Shown here: positions 25,208 through 37,530 of the stretch, one piece after another | How the letters are laid out: every line of letters starts with the position of its first letter | How positions within the stretch are numbered: the first letter of the stretch is position 1 | Assembly (NCBI GenBank): GCA_030833315.1 | Contig: JAURHM010000002.1 | Span: forward strand, 1,323-65,322 | From: Burkholderiales bacterium | Lineage (GTDB): Bacteria > Pseudomonadota > Gammaproteobacteria > Burkholderiales > SG8-41 | Length of the DNA: 64,000 nt | Reading direction: 5' to 3' | Program-made: the position numbers and the translations under genes | The notes under the pieces: model-generated | Databases searched by the model: none | What the model was told of the DNA's origin: nothing | Seen by the model: only the letters and a program-made list of their open reading frames with translations

Positions 25208-26491
25208 ATGGAACGCACCCAGTGCCTCGCTGCGCATGTCGTCGGCCGAGTACTCGACGGCCGCAGCCTTGATTCCGAACTTACCGCCGTGTGGCGGCAA
25301 CAGACTGCGCTGAGTCCGCAGCAGCGCGGTGCCGTACAGGATGTGGCCTACGGCACGCTGCGACATCTCGGCTACGTTGACGCGGCGATTGATCGCCTGC
25401 TGTCGCGGCCATTGACCGATCTGCCGGTGCGCAATCTGCTGCAGGTCACGCTATACCAGCTGATGCATACCAAAGCGCATTCGTATGCAATCGTGAATCA
25501 CGCGGTTCCTGCCGCCGCCCGGCTCGGATTTCCCAAGGCACAGGGATTGGTCAATGCGGTGTTGCGTAATTTCCTGCGCCGCCGCGATGAACTCGACGCG
25601 GCAATCAATGCGACCGACCTCGGCCGTTATTCCTATCCGCAATGGTGGATCGACCGGGTCGCCGCGGAATATCCCGACACCTGGCGTGAAATCCTCGATG
25701 CCGGTAATGCCCGGCCGCCGCTGACGCTGCGGGTGAACCGCAGGAAAATCGCCCGTGACGATTATCTGGAAATCCTGCGCTTGCAGGATATTGCCGCACA
25801 TGCTGTCGGCCGGCAGGGCATCGTCATTGAAAAACCGCGGCCGGTTTCGCTGCTGCCGGGATTTGCCGAAGGCCACGTCTCGGTGCAGGATGCCGGGGCC
25901 CAGCTCGCAGCCGAACTGCTGGATGTCGCTGACGGCATGCGCGTGCTCGATGCCTGCGCGGCGCCGGGCGGCAAGGCGGCGCATCTGCTGGAACTGGCCG
26001 ACATCGACCTGACGGCCGCTGACATCGATGCGCAGCGGCTGCAGCGGGTTACCGAAAACCTGACCCGGCTGTCGCTGAACGCCAAACTGCTGCAGGCGGA
26101 CGCCGGCAATGCCGCCGCCTGGGCGACCGCAGGTCTGTTCGACCGCATTCTCGCCGACGTGCCGTGCACGGCATCCGGCGTGGTGCGCCGTCATCCCGAT
26201 ATCAAATGGCTGCGCCAGCCCGACGATATTGCCGCCATGGGACAGCGCCAAACCCGCATTCTTGACACGCTTTGGCAGTTGCTCAACAGAGGTGGTAAAT
26301 TGCTGTATGCGACCTGCTCCGTTTTCAGCGAAGAGAATGGCCTGCAGGTCGAACAGTTTCTTGCCCGGCATGCCGATGCCCGGCAAATCGCCGTCTCACT
26401 TTCCGCCGAAGGCTTGAGACAAAGCCACGGTCAACTTTTTCCTGACGCCGCGCATGATGGTTTTTTCTACGCCCTTCTGGAAAAAGTTTGA
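25208..26491 (+). CDS. rsmB: 16S rRNA (cytosine967-C5)-methyltransferase RsmB (Sun)
   Basis: 427 aa with a NusB-like N-terminal domain, the SAM motif VLDACAAPGGK and catalytic blocks DVPCTASGVVRRHPD and ATCS. Confidence 0.92.
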   Translation: MERTQCLAAHVVGRVLDGRSLDSELTAVWRQQTALSPQQRGAVQDVAYGTLRHLGYVDAAIDRLLSRPLTDLPVRNLLQVTLYQLMHTKAHSYAIVNHAVPAAARLGFPKAQGLVNAVLRNFLRRRDELDAAINATDLGRYSYPQWWIDRVAAEYPDTWREILDAGNARPPLTLRVNRRKIARDDYLEILRLQDIAAHAVGRQGIVIEKPRPVSLLPGFAEGHVSVQDAGAQLAAELLDVADGMRVLDACAAPGGKAAHLLELADIDLTAADIDAQRLQRVTENLTRLSLNAKLLQADAGNAAAWATAGLFDRILADVPCTASGVVRRHPDIKWLRQPDDIAAMGQRQTRILDTLWQLLNRGGKLLYATCSVFSEENGLQVEQFLARHADARQIAVSLSAEGLRQSHGQLFPDAAHDGFFYALLEKV

Positions 26492-27107
26492 CGCGTCAGC
26501 GCAAAGGCGGTGCTTCGTGCGCCTGACAGCGCTGTTGCCGCGTTTGGCGGGGTTGTTACCGCGTCTCGCGGGGCTGCTGCTGGTGCTGATTCTTTTCATC
26601 CCGGTTGTTCAGGCCGCACAACCGCATGGCATCGAAGTGCGCCGCGCGGCTGTGTCCCCGGTCGAATACGCCTATGTGCTGGATGCCGACATCGACATCG
26701 TGCTGTCGGCGCCGCTGGAAGAAGCCTTGAGCAAGGGCATCCCGCTGTATTTCCAGCTCGAATTTGAAATGGTGCGTTCGCGCTGGTACTGGTTCAACGA
26801 CAAGGCGGTCGCCCTTCAGCAGCAGTACCGTCTCTCCTACAACGCTTTGACCCGTCAGTACCGCATCGGTGTCGGCGCCTTCTACCAGAACTTTGTTACG
26901 CTGAATGAAGCGTTGCAGTTTCTCAGCCGCGTACGCCGGCGTGAAGAACTGGAACCGGGCGTGCTGAGCAAGGGGTCGGTTTACACAGCTGCATTGCGTC
27001 TGCGGCTCGACACCACGCAGCTGCCGCGGCCGTTCAATCTGAATGCGCTGGGTTCGCGGGAATGGAGCCTCGGCTCCGACTGGTACCGCTGGACGGTTGC
27101 GCCATGA
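26454..27107 (+). CDS. DUF4390-like exported protein of unknown function
   Basis: 217 aa ORF with a hydrophobic N-terminal leader. Its stop overlaps the kinase ATG (ATGA). The start is uncertain: either ATG 26454, which overlaps rsmB by 38 nt, or in-frame GTG 26517. The family assignment comes from recalled gene context (rsmB-DUF4390-kinase). Confidence 0.6.
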   Translation: MMVFSTPFWKKFDASAQRRCFVRLTALLPRLAGLLPRLAGLLLVLILFIPVVQAAQPHGIEVRRAAVSPVEYAYVLDADIDIVLSAPLEEALSKGIPLYFQLEFEMVRSRWYWFNDKAVALQQQYRLSYNALTRQYRIGVGAFYQNFVTLNEALQFLSRVRRREELEPGVLSKGSVYTAALRLRLDTTQLPRPFNLNALGSREWSLGSDWYRWTVAP

Positions 27108-29290
27108 ATACCGCCGCCGCTCGACTGCCCCGCATCGGCGCCGTGATGCCCTATCTGCTGCTGTTCTGCGTCGGCTTGGGCGTGGCCGCGGTGTTCCTGC
27201 TCGCCTCTGTCAGCACCAATACCGCGCTGTTTTCCGAGTACTACCCGATCCTGCTCGGCGTCAATCTGGTGATCGCCGTGCTGCTGGCCGCGATGGTGAC
27301 CTACCAGCTGGTCAGTCTGCGGCAGAAGCTCAAAGCCGGTGTGTTCGGCGCCAAGCTAACGCTGCGACTGGTGATGCTGTTCGGTTTGATGGCGGTGTTG
27401 CCGGGCGCGCTGATTTACGGCGTGTCGGTGCAATTCGTCTCGCAAAGCATCGAATCCTGGTTTGAAGTGCGGCTAGACAGCGCGCTGGAAAGCGGTCTCA
27501 ACCTAGGCCGCGGCAATCTCGACGGCCGCCTGAAAGAACTGAGCGCCAAAGCCGAGCGGATGGCGCTGAACCTGTCGACGCGCACACCGTCGGAACACGT
27601 GATGGTATTGAACACGCTGCGTGAACAGGCTGCCGTCGATGAAGCCGCGCTGTTTACCGTTCGCGGCAAGGTGCTGGCTTTTACCGGCAATGAACTGAGC
27701 GGCATCGCCCCGGAACCGCCGGGCCAGGCTGCGATGCGCCAGATCCGCCTGCAGCAGCCGTACAGCGCGATTGAGTCGGTGCCGGAGCGCGGCCTTTATC
27801 TGCGTGTGCTGGCACCGGTGGATGTGGTGTCGCTGATGGAAGATGCAAGGGTGCTGCAACTGCTGCAGGCGGTGCCGGCGCAGCTGGCGCACGATGCCGA
27901 GGTCGTGCAGTCCGGTTACCGTGAATACCAGGAACTCCAGCTGTCGCGGCGCGGCCTGAAGCGGCTTTATGGGATCACGCTGACACTGACGCTGCTGCTG
28001 GCGCTGCTGTCCTCGCTGGGCCTCGCCTTCGTGCTGTCGAACCGTCTATCCGCGCCGCTGAGCGCGCTGGTCGAGGGCACCCGTGCAGTGGCGCAGGGCG
28101 ACTTCAGCCGCCGGGCTGCGGTGGCGAGCCGCGACGAACTCGGCCAGCTCACGCAGTCCTTCAACAGCATGACGCTTCAGCTGGCCGAAGCCCAGTCACG
28201 CGTCGAACGCAATCAGGCACAACTGGCTCATGCCAAAACCTATCTGGAAAGTGTACTCGCCCACTTGTCTGCAGGCGTGCTGACTTTTGATGCGTCGATG
28301 CGCCTGCGTTCGGCGAATCCCAGCGCGGCGCAGATTCTCGGCGCCGACAGCGCTGCGCTGATCGGCAGTAGCGTGCAGGAATGGCCCGACCGTGAAGCCT
28401 CGTTTGCGTCACTGGCCCGCGCACTGGCCGAAGCGTTTGACGGCGCAGTGGGCGCTGAATGGCAGCGACAGGTTGAGCGCGAACTGAAGGACGGCACGCA
28501 GGTGCTGCTGCTGCGCGCGACCCGCTTCGGCGAAGCGGAGAATGCCGGGTTGATTGTGGTGTTTGACGACGTCACCCACCTGCTTCAGGCGCAGCGTGAC
28601 GCGGCGTGGGCTGAAGTGGCACGGCGGCTGGCCCATGAAATCAAGAATCCGTTGACGCCGATCCAGCTGTCGGCCGAACGCCTTCAGCTAAAGCTCGAAC
28701 CCAAGCTGGAAACGGCGGATGCCGAAATCCTCGCACGCTCCACGCAGACCATCGTCAATCAGGTCGCAGCGCTCAAACGCATGGTCGATGCCTTCAGCCA
28801 GTACGCACGCACACCCGAACCCGCAATGCGTGTGCTCGACATGAACGGCCTGATCCGTGAAGTGCTGGCTCTGTACGAGTCTCTCGGTTCCAGCATGAAA
28901 CTCAGCCTTGCCAGCGATCTGCCGGCGGTGCAGGGCGACGCCACCCAGCTGCGCCAGGTCATCCACAATCTGCTGCAGAACGCGCAGGACGCACTGGCCG
29001 GTGCCGAAGCGCCGCGCATCGAAATCGCCACCGTGCTGCGCGACGGCCGTGCCGAGTTTTCGGTTACCGACAACGGCACCGGCTTTCCCGAGCACCTGAT
29101 GAAACGCGTATTCGAGCCCTATGTCACCACCAAGCCGCGCGGTACCGGCCTCGGCCTGTCCATCGTGCGCAAGATCGTCGAAGAACATCACGGCGAAGTC
29201 ACCATTACCAATGTTGCGCCACACGGCGCGCGCATTGCCATCGTGCTGCCACCGGCGGTCAGCAACGCCGGCGCGCGCTCCGCGGCTTGA
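27104..29290 (+). CDS. NtrY-like membrane sensor histidine kinase (TM-HAMP-PAS-HisKA-HATPase)
   Basis: Trimmed to MNTAAARLP... at the ATGA overlap. It has several N-terminal TM helices, a HAMP (RDELGQLTQSFNSM), an H-box HEIKNPLTPIQLSAERL and the N/G boxes HNLLQNA and GTGLGLSIVRKIV. Confidence 0.85.
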   Translation: MNTAAARLPRIGAVMPYLLLFCVGLGVAAVFLLASVSTNTALFSEYYPILLGVNLVIAVLLAAMVTYQLVSLRQKLKAGVFGAKLTLRLVMLFGLMAVLPGALIYGVSVQFVSQSIESWFEVRLDSALESGLNLGRGNLDGRLKELSAKAERMALNLSTRTPSEHVMVLNTLREQAAVDEAALFTVRGKVLAFTGNELSGIAPEPPGQAAMRQIRLQQPYSAIESVPERGLYLRVLAPVDVVSLMEDARVLQLLQAVPAQLAHDAEVVQSGYREYQELQLSRRGLKRLYGITLTLTLLLALLSSLGLAFVLSNRLSAPLSALVEGTRAVAQGDFSRRAAVASRDELGQLTQSFNSMTLQLAEAQSRVERNQAQLAHAKTYLESVLAHLSAGVLTFDASMRLRSANPSAAQILGADSAALIGSSVQEWPDREASFASLARALAEAFDGAVGAEWQRQVERELKDGTQVLLLRATRFGEAENAGLIVVFDDVTHLLQAQRDAAWAEVARRLAHEIKNPLTPIQLSAERLQLKLEPKLETADAEILARSTQTIVNQVAALKRMVDAFSQYARTPEPAMRVLDMNGLIREVLALYESLGSSMKLSLASDLPAVQGDATQLRQVIHNLLQNAQDALAGAEAPRIEIATVLRDGRAEFSVTDNGTGFPEHLMKRVFEPYVTTKPRGTGLGLSIVRKIVEEHHGEVTITNVAPHGARIAIVLPPAVSNAGARSAA

Positions 29291-29312
29291 ATGAAACTGT
29301 AAAAAACGGACC

Positions 29313-30563
29313 ATGCGACAGATACTGGTAGTAGACGACGAAATCGGCATCCGCGAGCTGCTCTCGGAAATCCTTTCCGACGAAGGCTATGACGTACAGC
29401 TGGCGGAAAACGCCGGCGCTGCGCGCGCCTTCCGCACGCAGAACCGGCCTGACCTCGTGCTGCTCGACATCTGGATGCCGGACACCGACGGCATTACGCT
29501 GCTCAAGGAGTGGGCGAGTACCGGCCAGCTGACGATGCCGGTGGTGATGATGTCCGGCCACGGCACCATTGATACTGCGGTTGAAGCCACCCGTATCGGC
29601 GCCTACGACTTCCTCGAAAAACCCATTGCACTGCAGAAGCTGCTGACCACTGTCGGCAAGGCAATCACCCGCGGCGAGCAGCGGCCGCAGGCGGCGGCGC
29701 TGGGCATGCTCGGCCGCACCCCCGTGGTTCAGGAACTGAAGCAGCGTCTCGAACGCATTGCGGCGAGCCGTACCGCAGTGCTGATCCAGGGCACACCGGG
29801 TTGCGCTTTCGAGGCCTGCGCGCGCATCCTGCATACGCCCAGCATGCCGTGGACCGTGGTCGAGCTTGGTGCGCAGACTGTCGAAGCGCCGCTGGACCTG
29901 CTGCAGGCGACGCGCGGAGGGACGCTGCTGGTACGCGACGTCGCCGAATTCAGCAAGCTGGAACAGCGCGGCCTGTTTGTACTGCTGTCGCAGGCCGAGC
30001 GTTACAACGTCCGCGTGGTGTGCTGCGCGACGCAACCGCTGGCCGAGCAGGTGGCGGCCGGCGCATTCGATGACCGGGTCTACCAGATCCTCGGTGCGAC
30101 GACGATCCAGCTGCCGCGCCTGCGCGACCAGCGCGACGACATTCCCGAACTGGCTGCGGCGTTGCTCTCCGACATGGTCGAGCAGAAGCAGGTGCCCTCA
30201 CGGCATTTCAGCACCGCCGCGCTCAATGCGCTGCGCAACTACGAGTGGCCTGGCAATCTGTCGGAACTGCGCAGCATCGTGCAGACGCTGGCCAATACCG
30301 CCGCAGGCGAACAGATTTCGCTGGAGGAAACCCAGCGCGCCGTACCGCAGACGCCGACGCCCGGCGCCGAGGCGGTGCTCCAGCTCGACGCGCCGCTGCG
30401 CGACGCCCGCGATGCCTTCGAGCGCATTTATTTTGAGTACCACCTGACCCGGGAGGGCGGCAATATCAGCCGCGTGGCCGATGTCGTGGGCCTTGAGCGC
30501 ACGCATTTGTATCGCAAGCTCAAGCACTTGGGCATCAAGACCTCGCGCAAGAACGACGACTAG
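29313..30563 (+). CDS. NtrX-like response regulator (REC, degenerate AAA+ domain, Fis-type HTH)
   Basis: 416 aa. The REC domain has VVDDE and LVLLDIWMPDTDG. The central domain lacks Walker A (LIQGTPGCAFEAC instead of GESGTGKE) and has no GAFTGA. The C-terminal HTH is GNISRVADVVGLERTHLYRKLKHLGI. Confidence 0.85.
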   Translation: MRQILVVDDEIGIRELLSEILSDEGYDVQLAENAGAARAFRTQNRPDLVLLDIWMPDTDGITLLKEWASTGQLTMPVVMMSGHGTIDTAVEATRIGAYDFLEKPIALQKLLTTVGKAITRGEQRPQAAALGMLGRTPVVQELKQRLERIAASRTAVLIQGTPGCAFEACARILHTPSMPWTVVELGAQTVEAPLDLLQATRGGTLLVRDVAEFSKLEQRGLFVLLSQAERYNVRVVCCATQPLAEQVAAGAFDDRVYQILGATTIQLPRLRDQRDDIPELAAALLSDMVEQKQVPSRHFSTAALNALRNYEWPGNLSELRSIVQTLANTAAGEQISLEETQRAVPQTPTPGAEAVLQLDAPLRDARDAFERIYFEYHLTREGGNISRVADVVGLERTHLYRKLKHLGIKTSRKNDD

Positions 30564-30676
30564 GAAATCTGCGGCCGGTTTAGCCGCACAGCGTCTGCTA
30601 CCCTCGCGCGGCAATGGGGTCAGCCGTTATAATCAGGGCTTTTCCGCCCCGCCATTCCACACCAGGATTGCAAGCC

Positions 30677-33708
<3,032 letters not shown>

Positions 33709-33726
33709 GGGAACGGAACAGGCCTC

Positions 33727-34908
33727 ATGAAGTTTCTGCGACTCAGCGAACTGCCGCTGGCCGGCAAGCGGGTGTTCATCCGCGCGGATCTCAACGTGCC
33801 GCAGGATGACGCCGGCAACATCACCGAAGACACGCGCATCCGCGCGACCATCCCCGGCATCAAGCATGCGCTCGCCGCCGGTGCCGCGGTGATGGTGACG
33901 TCACACCTCGGCCGGCCGACGGAAGGTTCGCTGCAGCCCGGCGACACGCTGGCGCCGATCGCGCAGCGCCTGTCTGAAATGCTCGGCCAGCCGGTGCGCC
34001 TTGTGCAGGACTGGGTCGATGGCGGATTCACCGTCAAGCCGGGTGAAGTGGTGCTGCTGGAAAACTGCCGCGTCAACAAGGGCGAAAAGAAAAACGACGA
34101 AACGCTGGCGCGCAAAATGGCGGCGCTGTGTGACGTCTATGTCAATGACGCTTTCGGGACCGCGCACCGCGCCGAAGCTACGACGCATGGCATTGCGAAA
34201 TTCGCGCCGGTCGCCTGCGCCGGCCCGCTGATGGCGGCCGAACTTGATGCACTGGGCAGGGCACTGGAAAAACCGGCGCGGCCGCTGCTGGCCATCGTCG
34301 CCGGATCCAAAGTCTCCACCAAGCTGACTATCCTGAAGGCTCTGGCCTCGAAAGTCGACCAGCTGATCGTCGGTGGAGGCATCGCCAACACCTTCATGCT
34401 GGCTACCGGCATGCGTATCGGCAAATCGCTGGCAGAGCCCGATCTGGTCGGTGAAGCCCAGGCCATCATCGACATCATGAAATCGCGAGGCGCGCAGGTA
34501 CCTTTGCCGGTCGACGTTGTTGTTGCGGATGAGCTGTCGGCGCTGGCCCGCGCCAATCCGATTGATGCCGCGGCCGTACGTCCCGACGACCTGATTCTGG
34601 ATGTCGGTGCCAAAACAGCGCTGGTCTTTGCTGATCTGATTGCCAAGGCCGGCACCATTGTCTGGAATGGCCCGGTGGGTGTGTTCGAATACGACCAGTT
34701 TGCCGGCGGCACCAAGGCCATCGCGCAGGCGGTTGCGGCATCAAAAGCTTTTTCGATCGCCGGCGGTGGTGACACGCTGGCCGCCGTGGCCAAGTACAAG
34801 ATTGCCGACAAGGTGTCCTATATTTCCACCGGCGGCGGTGCATTCCTCGAATTTCTCGAGGGCAAGAAACTGCCGGCTGTCGAGGTTCTCGAGCATCGCG
34901 CAGCATGA
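33727..34908 (+). CDS. pgk: Phosphoglycerate kinase
   Basis: 393 aa containing [24 protein letters not shown] and GGGDT. Confidence 0.96.
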   Translation: MKFLRLSELPLAGKRVFIRADLNVPQDDAGNITEDTRIRATIPGIKHALAAGAAVMVTSHLGRPTEGSLQPGDTLAPIAQRLSEMLGQPVRLVQDWVDGGFTVKPGEVVLLENCRVNKGEKKNDETLARKMAALCDVYVNDAFGTAHRAEATTHGIAKFAPVACAGPLMAAELDALGRALEKPARPLLAIVAGSKVSTKLTILKALASKVDQLIVGGGIANTFMLATGMRIGKSLAEPDLVGEAQAIIDIMKSRGAQVPLPVDVVVADELSALARANPIDAAAVRPDDLILDVGAKTALVFADLIAKAGTIVWNGPVGVFEYDQFAGGTKAIAQAVAASKAFSIAGGGDTLAAVAKYKIADKVSYISTGGGAFLEFLEGKKLPAVEVLEHRAA

Positions 34909-34951
34909 CCGGAGCACGCCGCCGGCCTCTTACTTCAGGGATGGGTAGCGC

Positions 34952-36379
34952 ATGATCCGCAGGACTAAAGTTGTCGCAACGCTGGGCCCCGCGTCCAGCG
35001 ATGCCAAAACGCTGGCCCGCATGATCGAAGCCGGGCTCGATGTGGTGCGCATCAATTTTTCGCATGGTTCGCCCGACGAACACCGCGCCCGGGTCAATCT
35101 GGTGCGCCAGCTCGCGCGCAAGGCCGGCCGCGCGGTCGGTGTGCTGGTCGACCTGCAGGGTCCGAAGATCCGCGTCGGCAAGTTCAAGGACGGCAAGATC
35201 CATCTCGAACCCGGTGCGAAATTCGTGCTCGACGCCGAATGCAAACTGGGCGACCAGCATGTCGTCGGCCTGGACTACAAGAACCTGCCCAATGACGTGC
35301 ATCCCGGCGATACGCTGCTGCTCGACGACGGTCGAGTGGTTCTTGGTGTCACCAATGTGCGCGGTCCGAAAATCACCACGGTGGTTGAGCAGGGTGGCCC
35401 GTTGTCCAACAACAAGGGCATCAACCGCAAGGGTGGTGGCCTTACCGCACCGGCGCTGACCGAAAAAGACAAGCAGGACATCAGGCTCGCCGCCGAACTC
35501 AAGGCGGATTTTCTGGCCGTGTCCTTCCCGCGTTCGGGAGACGATGTGCGCTGGGCGCGCGATCTGTTCACCAAGGCCGGCGGTTTCGGTCTGATCGTGT
35601 CCAAGATCGAGCGTGCGGAAGCGATTCCCGCGCTGGAAGAAATCCTGGATGCTTCCGACGCCATCATGGTGGCGCGGGGTGATCTCGCCGTTGAAGTCGG
35701 CGACGCCGCCGTGCCGGCGCTGCAGAAACGCATGATCCGCATGGCGCGCGAGAAGCAGAAGCTGACCATTACCGCGACCCAGATGATGGAGTCGATGATC
35801 AGCAGCCCGATCCCGACACGCGCTGAAGTCTCGGATGTCGCTAACGCCGTACTCGACGGCACCGATGCGGTGATGACTTCCGCCGAAACCGCTGCCGGCA
35901 AATATCCCGCGGAAACCATCGCTGCAATGGTGCGGGTGTGCGTCGAAGTGGAAAAGGAAGATTCGCTGCTGCAGGAGCACCGTGGCGGACCGGGGCAGAT
36001 CGACGTGGAAAATTCGATTGCAAGGGCCACGGCATTTACCGCTGCCGGCCTGCCGATCAAGGCGATAGCCGCACTGACGCAAAGCGGCCGCACGGCTTTG
36101 CTGATGTCCCGGATGGCGATATCGGTGCCGATTTACGCGATGAGTTCGGTGATCGAGACCCGGCGCCGCGTCACGCTGTTCCGCGGTGTCCACCCCGTAC
36201 GCTTCAAAGGCACCCGCAATCCGGAAAAAGCGCTGTTGATGGCTGAGGATGAACTGATCAAGCGCGGCGTCGTGCAGAACGGCGACCTGATCGTGCTGAC
36301 CATCGGCGAGCCCTTCGGCCGCGCCGGCGGCACCAACACCCTTAAAATCGTCAAGGTCGGCGAGCACCGGGAGAAATAA
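34952..36379 (+). CDS. pyk: Pyruvate kinase
   Basis: 475 aa containing RRTKVVATLGPAS, RINFSHG, MVARGDLAVE and ATQMMESM. Confidence 0.95.
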   Translation: MIRRTKVVATLGPASSDAKTLARMIEAGLDVVRINFSHGSPDEHRARVNLVRQLARKAGRAVGVLVDLQGPKIRVGKFKDGKIHLEPGAKFVLDAECKLGDQHVVGLDYKNLPNDVHPGDTLLLDDGRVVLGVTNVRGPKITTVVEQGGPLSNNKGINRKGGGLTAPALTEKDKQDIRLAAELKADFLAVSFPRSGDDVRWARDLFTKAGGFGLIVSKIERAEAIPALEEILDASDAIMVARGDLAVEVGDAAVPALQKRMIRMAREKQKLTITATQMMESMISSPIPTRAEVSDVANAVLDGTDAVMTSAETAAGKYPAETIAAMVRVCVEVEKEDSLLQEHRGGPGQIDVENSIARATAFTAAGLPIKAIAALTQSGRTALLMSRMAISVPIYAMSSVIETRRRVTLFRGVHPVRFKGTRNPEKALLMAEDELIKRGVVQNGDLIVLTIGEPFGRAGGTNTLKIVKVGEHREK

Positions 36380-36449
36380 GCCGCCGGTGTAAAATATTGC
36401 CCTGTTTTCACCCTTTCCACCAATCACTCACAGACCAGCAGGAGCAACC

Positions 36450-37475
36450 ATGTCAGCAAACGATCTGGCCGCCATCGCCCAGGCGATGGTAGCCCCCGGC
36501 AAAGGCATTCTCGCCGCCGATGAAAGCACCGGTACCATCGGTAAACGCTTTGACGGCATCAACGTCGAAAACACCGAAGTGAACCGTCGCGCCTACCGCG
36601 ACATGCTGTTCAAGACCCGCGGCATCGGCGACCACATCAGCGGCGTCATCCTTTATGACGAGACCCTGCGCCAGAACTCGGCTGACGGTACTTCCTTCGT
36701 CCAACTGCTCGAAAAGAACGGCGTGCTTCCGGGCATCAAGGTCGATGCCGGCGCCAAGCCGCTGCCGCTGTGTCCCGGAGAGACCGTTACGGAAGGTCTC
36801 GATAACCTGCCCAAGCGCTGCGCCGAATACGTGAAACTGGGCGCCAAGTTCGCCAAATGGCGTGCCGTGATCGACATCGGCGGCGACCTGCCGAGCTCGA
36901 CCAGCATTTCCGCCAACGCCCACGCGCTGGCCCGTTATGCCGCGATCTGCCAGGAATCCGGTCTGGTGCCCATCGTTGAACCCGAAGTGCTGATGGACGG
37001 CGACCACACGATCGAGCGCTGTGAGGAAGTCACCGAGTGGACGCTCAACGCGGTCTACGAAGCGCTGTATATGAACCGCGTTGTGCTCGAGCACACCGTG
37101 CTCAAGCCGTCGATGGTGATCTCCGGCAAAAAATGCGCGAAACAGGCGCCCATTGATGAAGTCGCCGCGCGCACAGTACGCACGCTGAAACGCACCGTAC
37201 CGGCGGCTGTCGCCGGCATCGTCTTCCTGTCCGGCGGCCAGAGCGACGAACTGGCGACGGCCCACCTTAATTCGATGAACGTGCAGTTCAAGGGCAATCT
37301 GCCCTGGCCGCTGTCGTTCTCCTACGGTCGCGCGCTGCAGCAGCCGTCGCTCAAAGCCTGGAAGGGTCAGGCGGCGAATGTGCCGGCCGCCCAAGCCGCG
37401 CTGGCTCACCGTTCGAAAATGAACGGACTGGCCAGCCTGGGTCGTTACACGGCCGATCTGGAAGCCAGGCGCTGA
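36450..37475 (+). CDS. fba: Fructose-bisphosphate aldolase, class I
   Basis: 341 aa containing GKGILAADESTGTIGKRF, LKPSMV (Schiff-base Lys region) and FLSGGQS. These are class I signatures, not class II. Confidence 0.9.
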   Translation: MSANDLAAIAQAMVAPGKGILAADESTGTIGKRFDGINVENTEVNRRAYRDMLFKTRGIGDHISGVILYDETLRQNSADGTSFVQLLEKNGVLPGIKVDAGAKPLPLCPGETVTEGLDNLPKRCAEYVKLGAKFAKWRAVIDIGGDLPSSTSISANAHALARYAAICQESGLVPIVEPEVLMDGDHTIERCEEVTEWTLNAVYEALYMNRVVLEHTVLKPSMVISGKKCAKQAPIDEVAARTVRTLKRTVPAAVAGIVFLSGGQSDELATAHLNSMNVQFKGNLPWPLSFSYGRALQQPSLKAWKGQAANVPAAQAALAHRSKMNGLASLGRYTADLEARR

Positions 37476-37499
37476 TTAAAAAGTATATTTAAATCAAAC

Positions 37500-37514
37500 A
37501 CTTATATTATATGT
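37500..37514. promoter_or_regulatory. AT-rich 15-bp near-palindrome (ACTTATA-T-TATATGT), candidate operator overlapping a -10-like element upstream of the COG0523 gene
   Basis: Read directly from the sequence, 17 nt upstream of the ATG at 37531. The TTATA-N-TATA core resembles proteobacterial Zur boxes, but the outer positions do not match the TGTTATA...TATAACA consensus. Confidence 0.3.
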
Positions 37515-37530
37515 TAGCGCTTACTCCAAG

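Noticed and set aside
30570-30588. Small hairpin tgcggc-cggttta-gccgca after the response-regulator gene as a terminator
   Set aside because: The stem is only 6 bp and no U-tract follows. Evidence is insufficient. The TATAAT hexamer at 30628-30633 upstream of tkt also lacks a convincing -35, so it is not listed as a feature.
34475-36427. 650 aa minus-strand ORF covering the pgk 3' end and all of pyk
   Set aside because: It is antisense to two clearly identified glycolytic genes. It is Arg/Gly/His-rich and low in complexity, with no motif.
37496-37515. Calling the AT-rich palindrome upstream of the COG0523 gene a bona fide Zur box
   Set aside because: Only about 9 of the 14 defined positions match the TGTTATA-N-TATAACA consensus as I recall it, and the outer TGTT/AACA arms are effectively swapped. 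It is kept only as an unassigned operator candidate.
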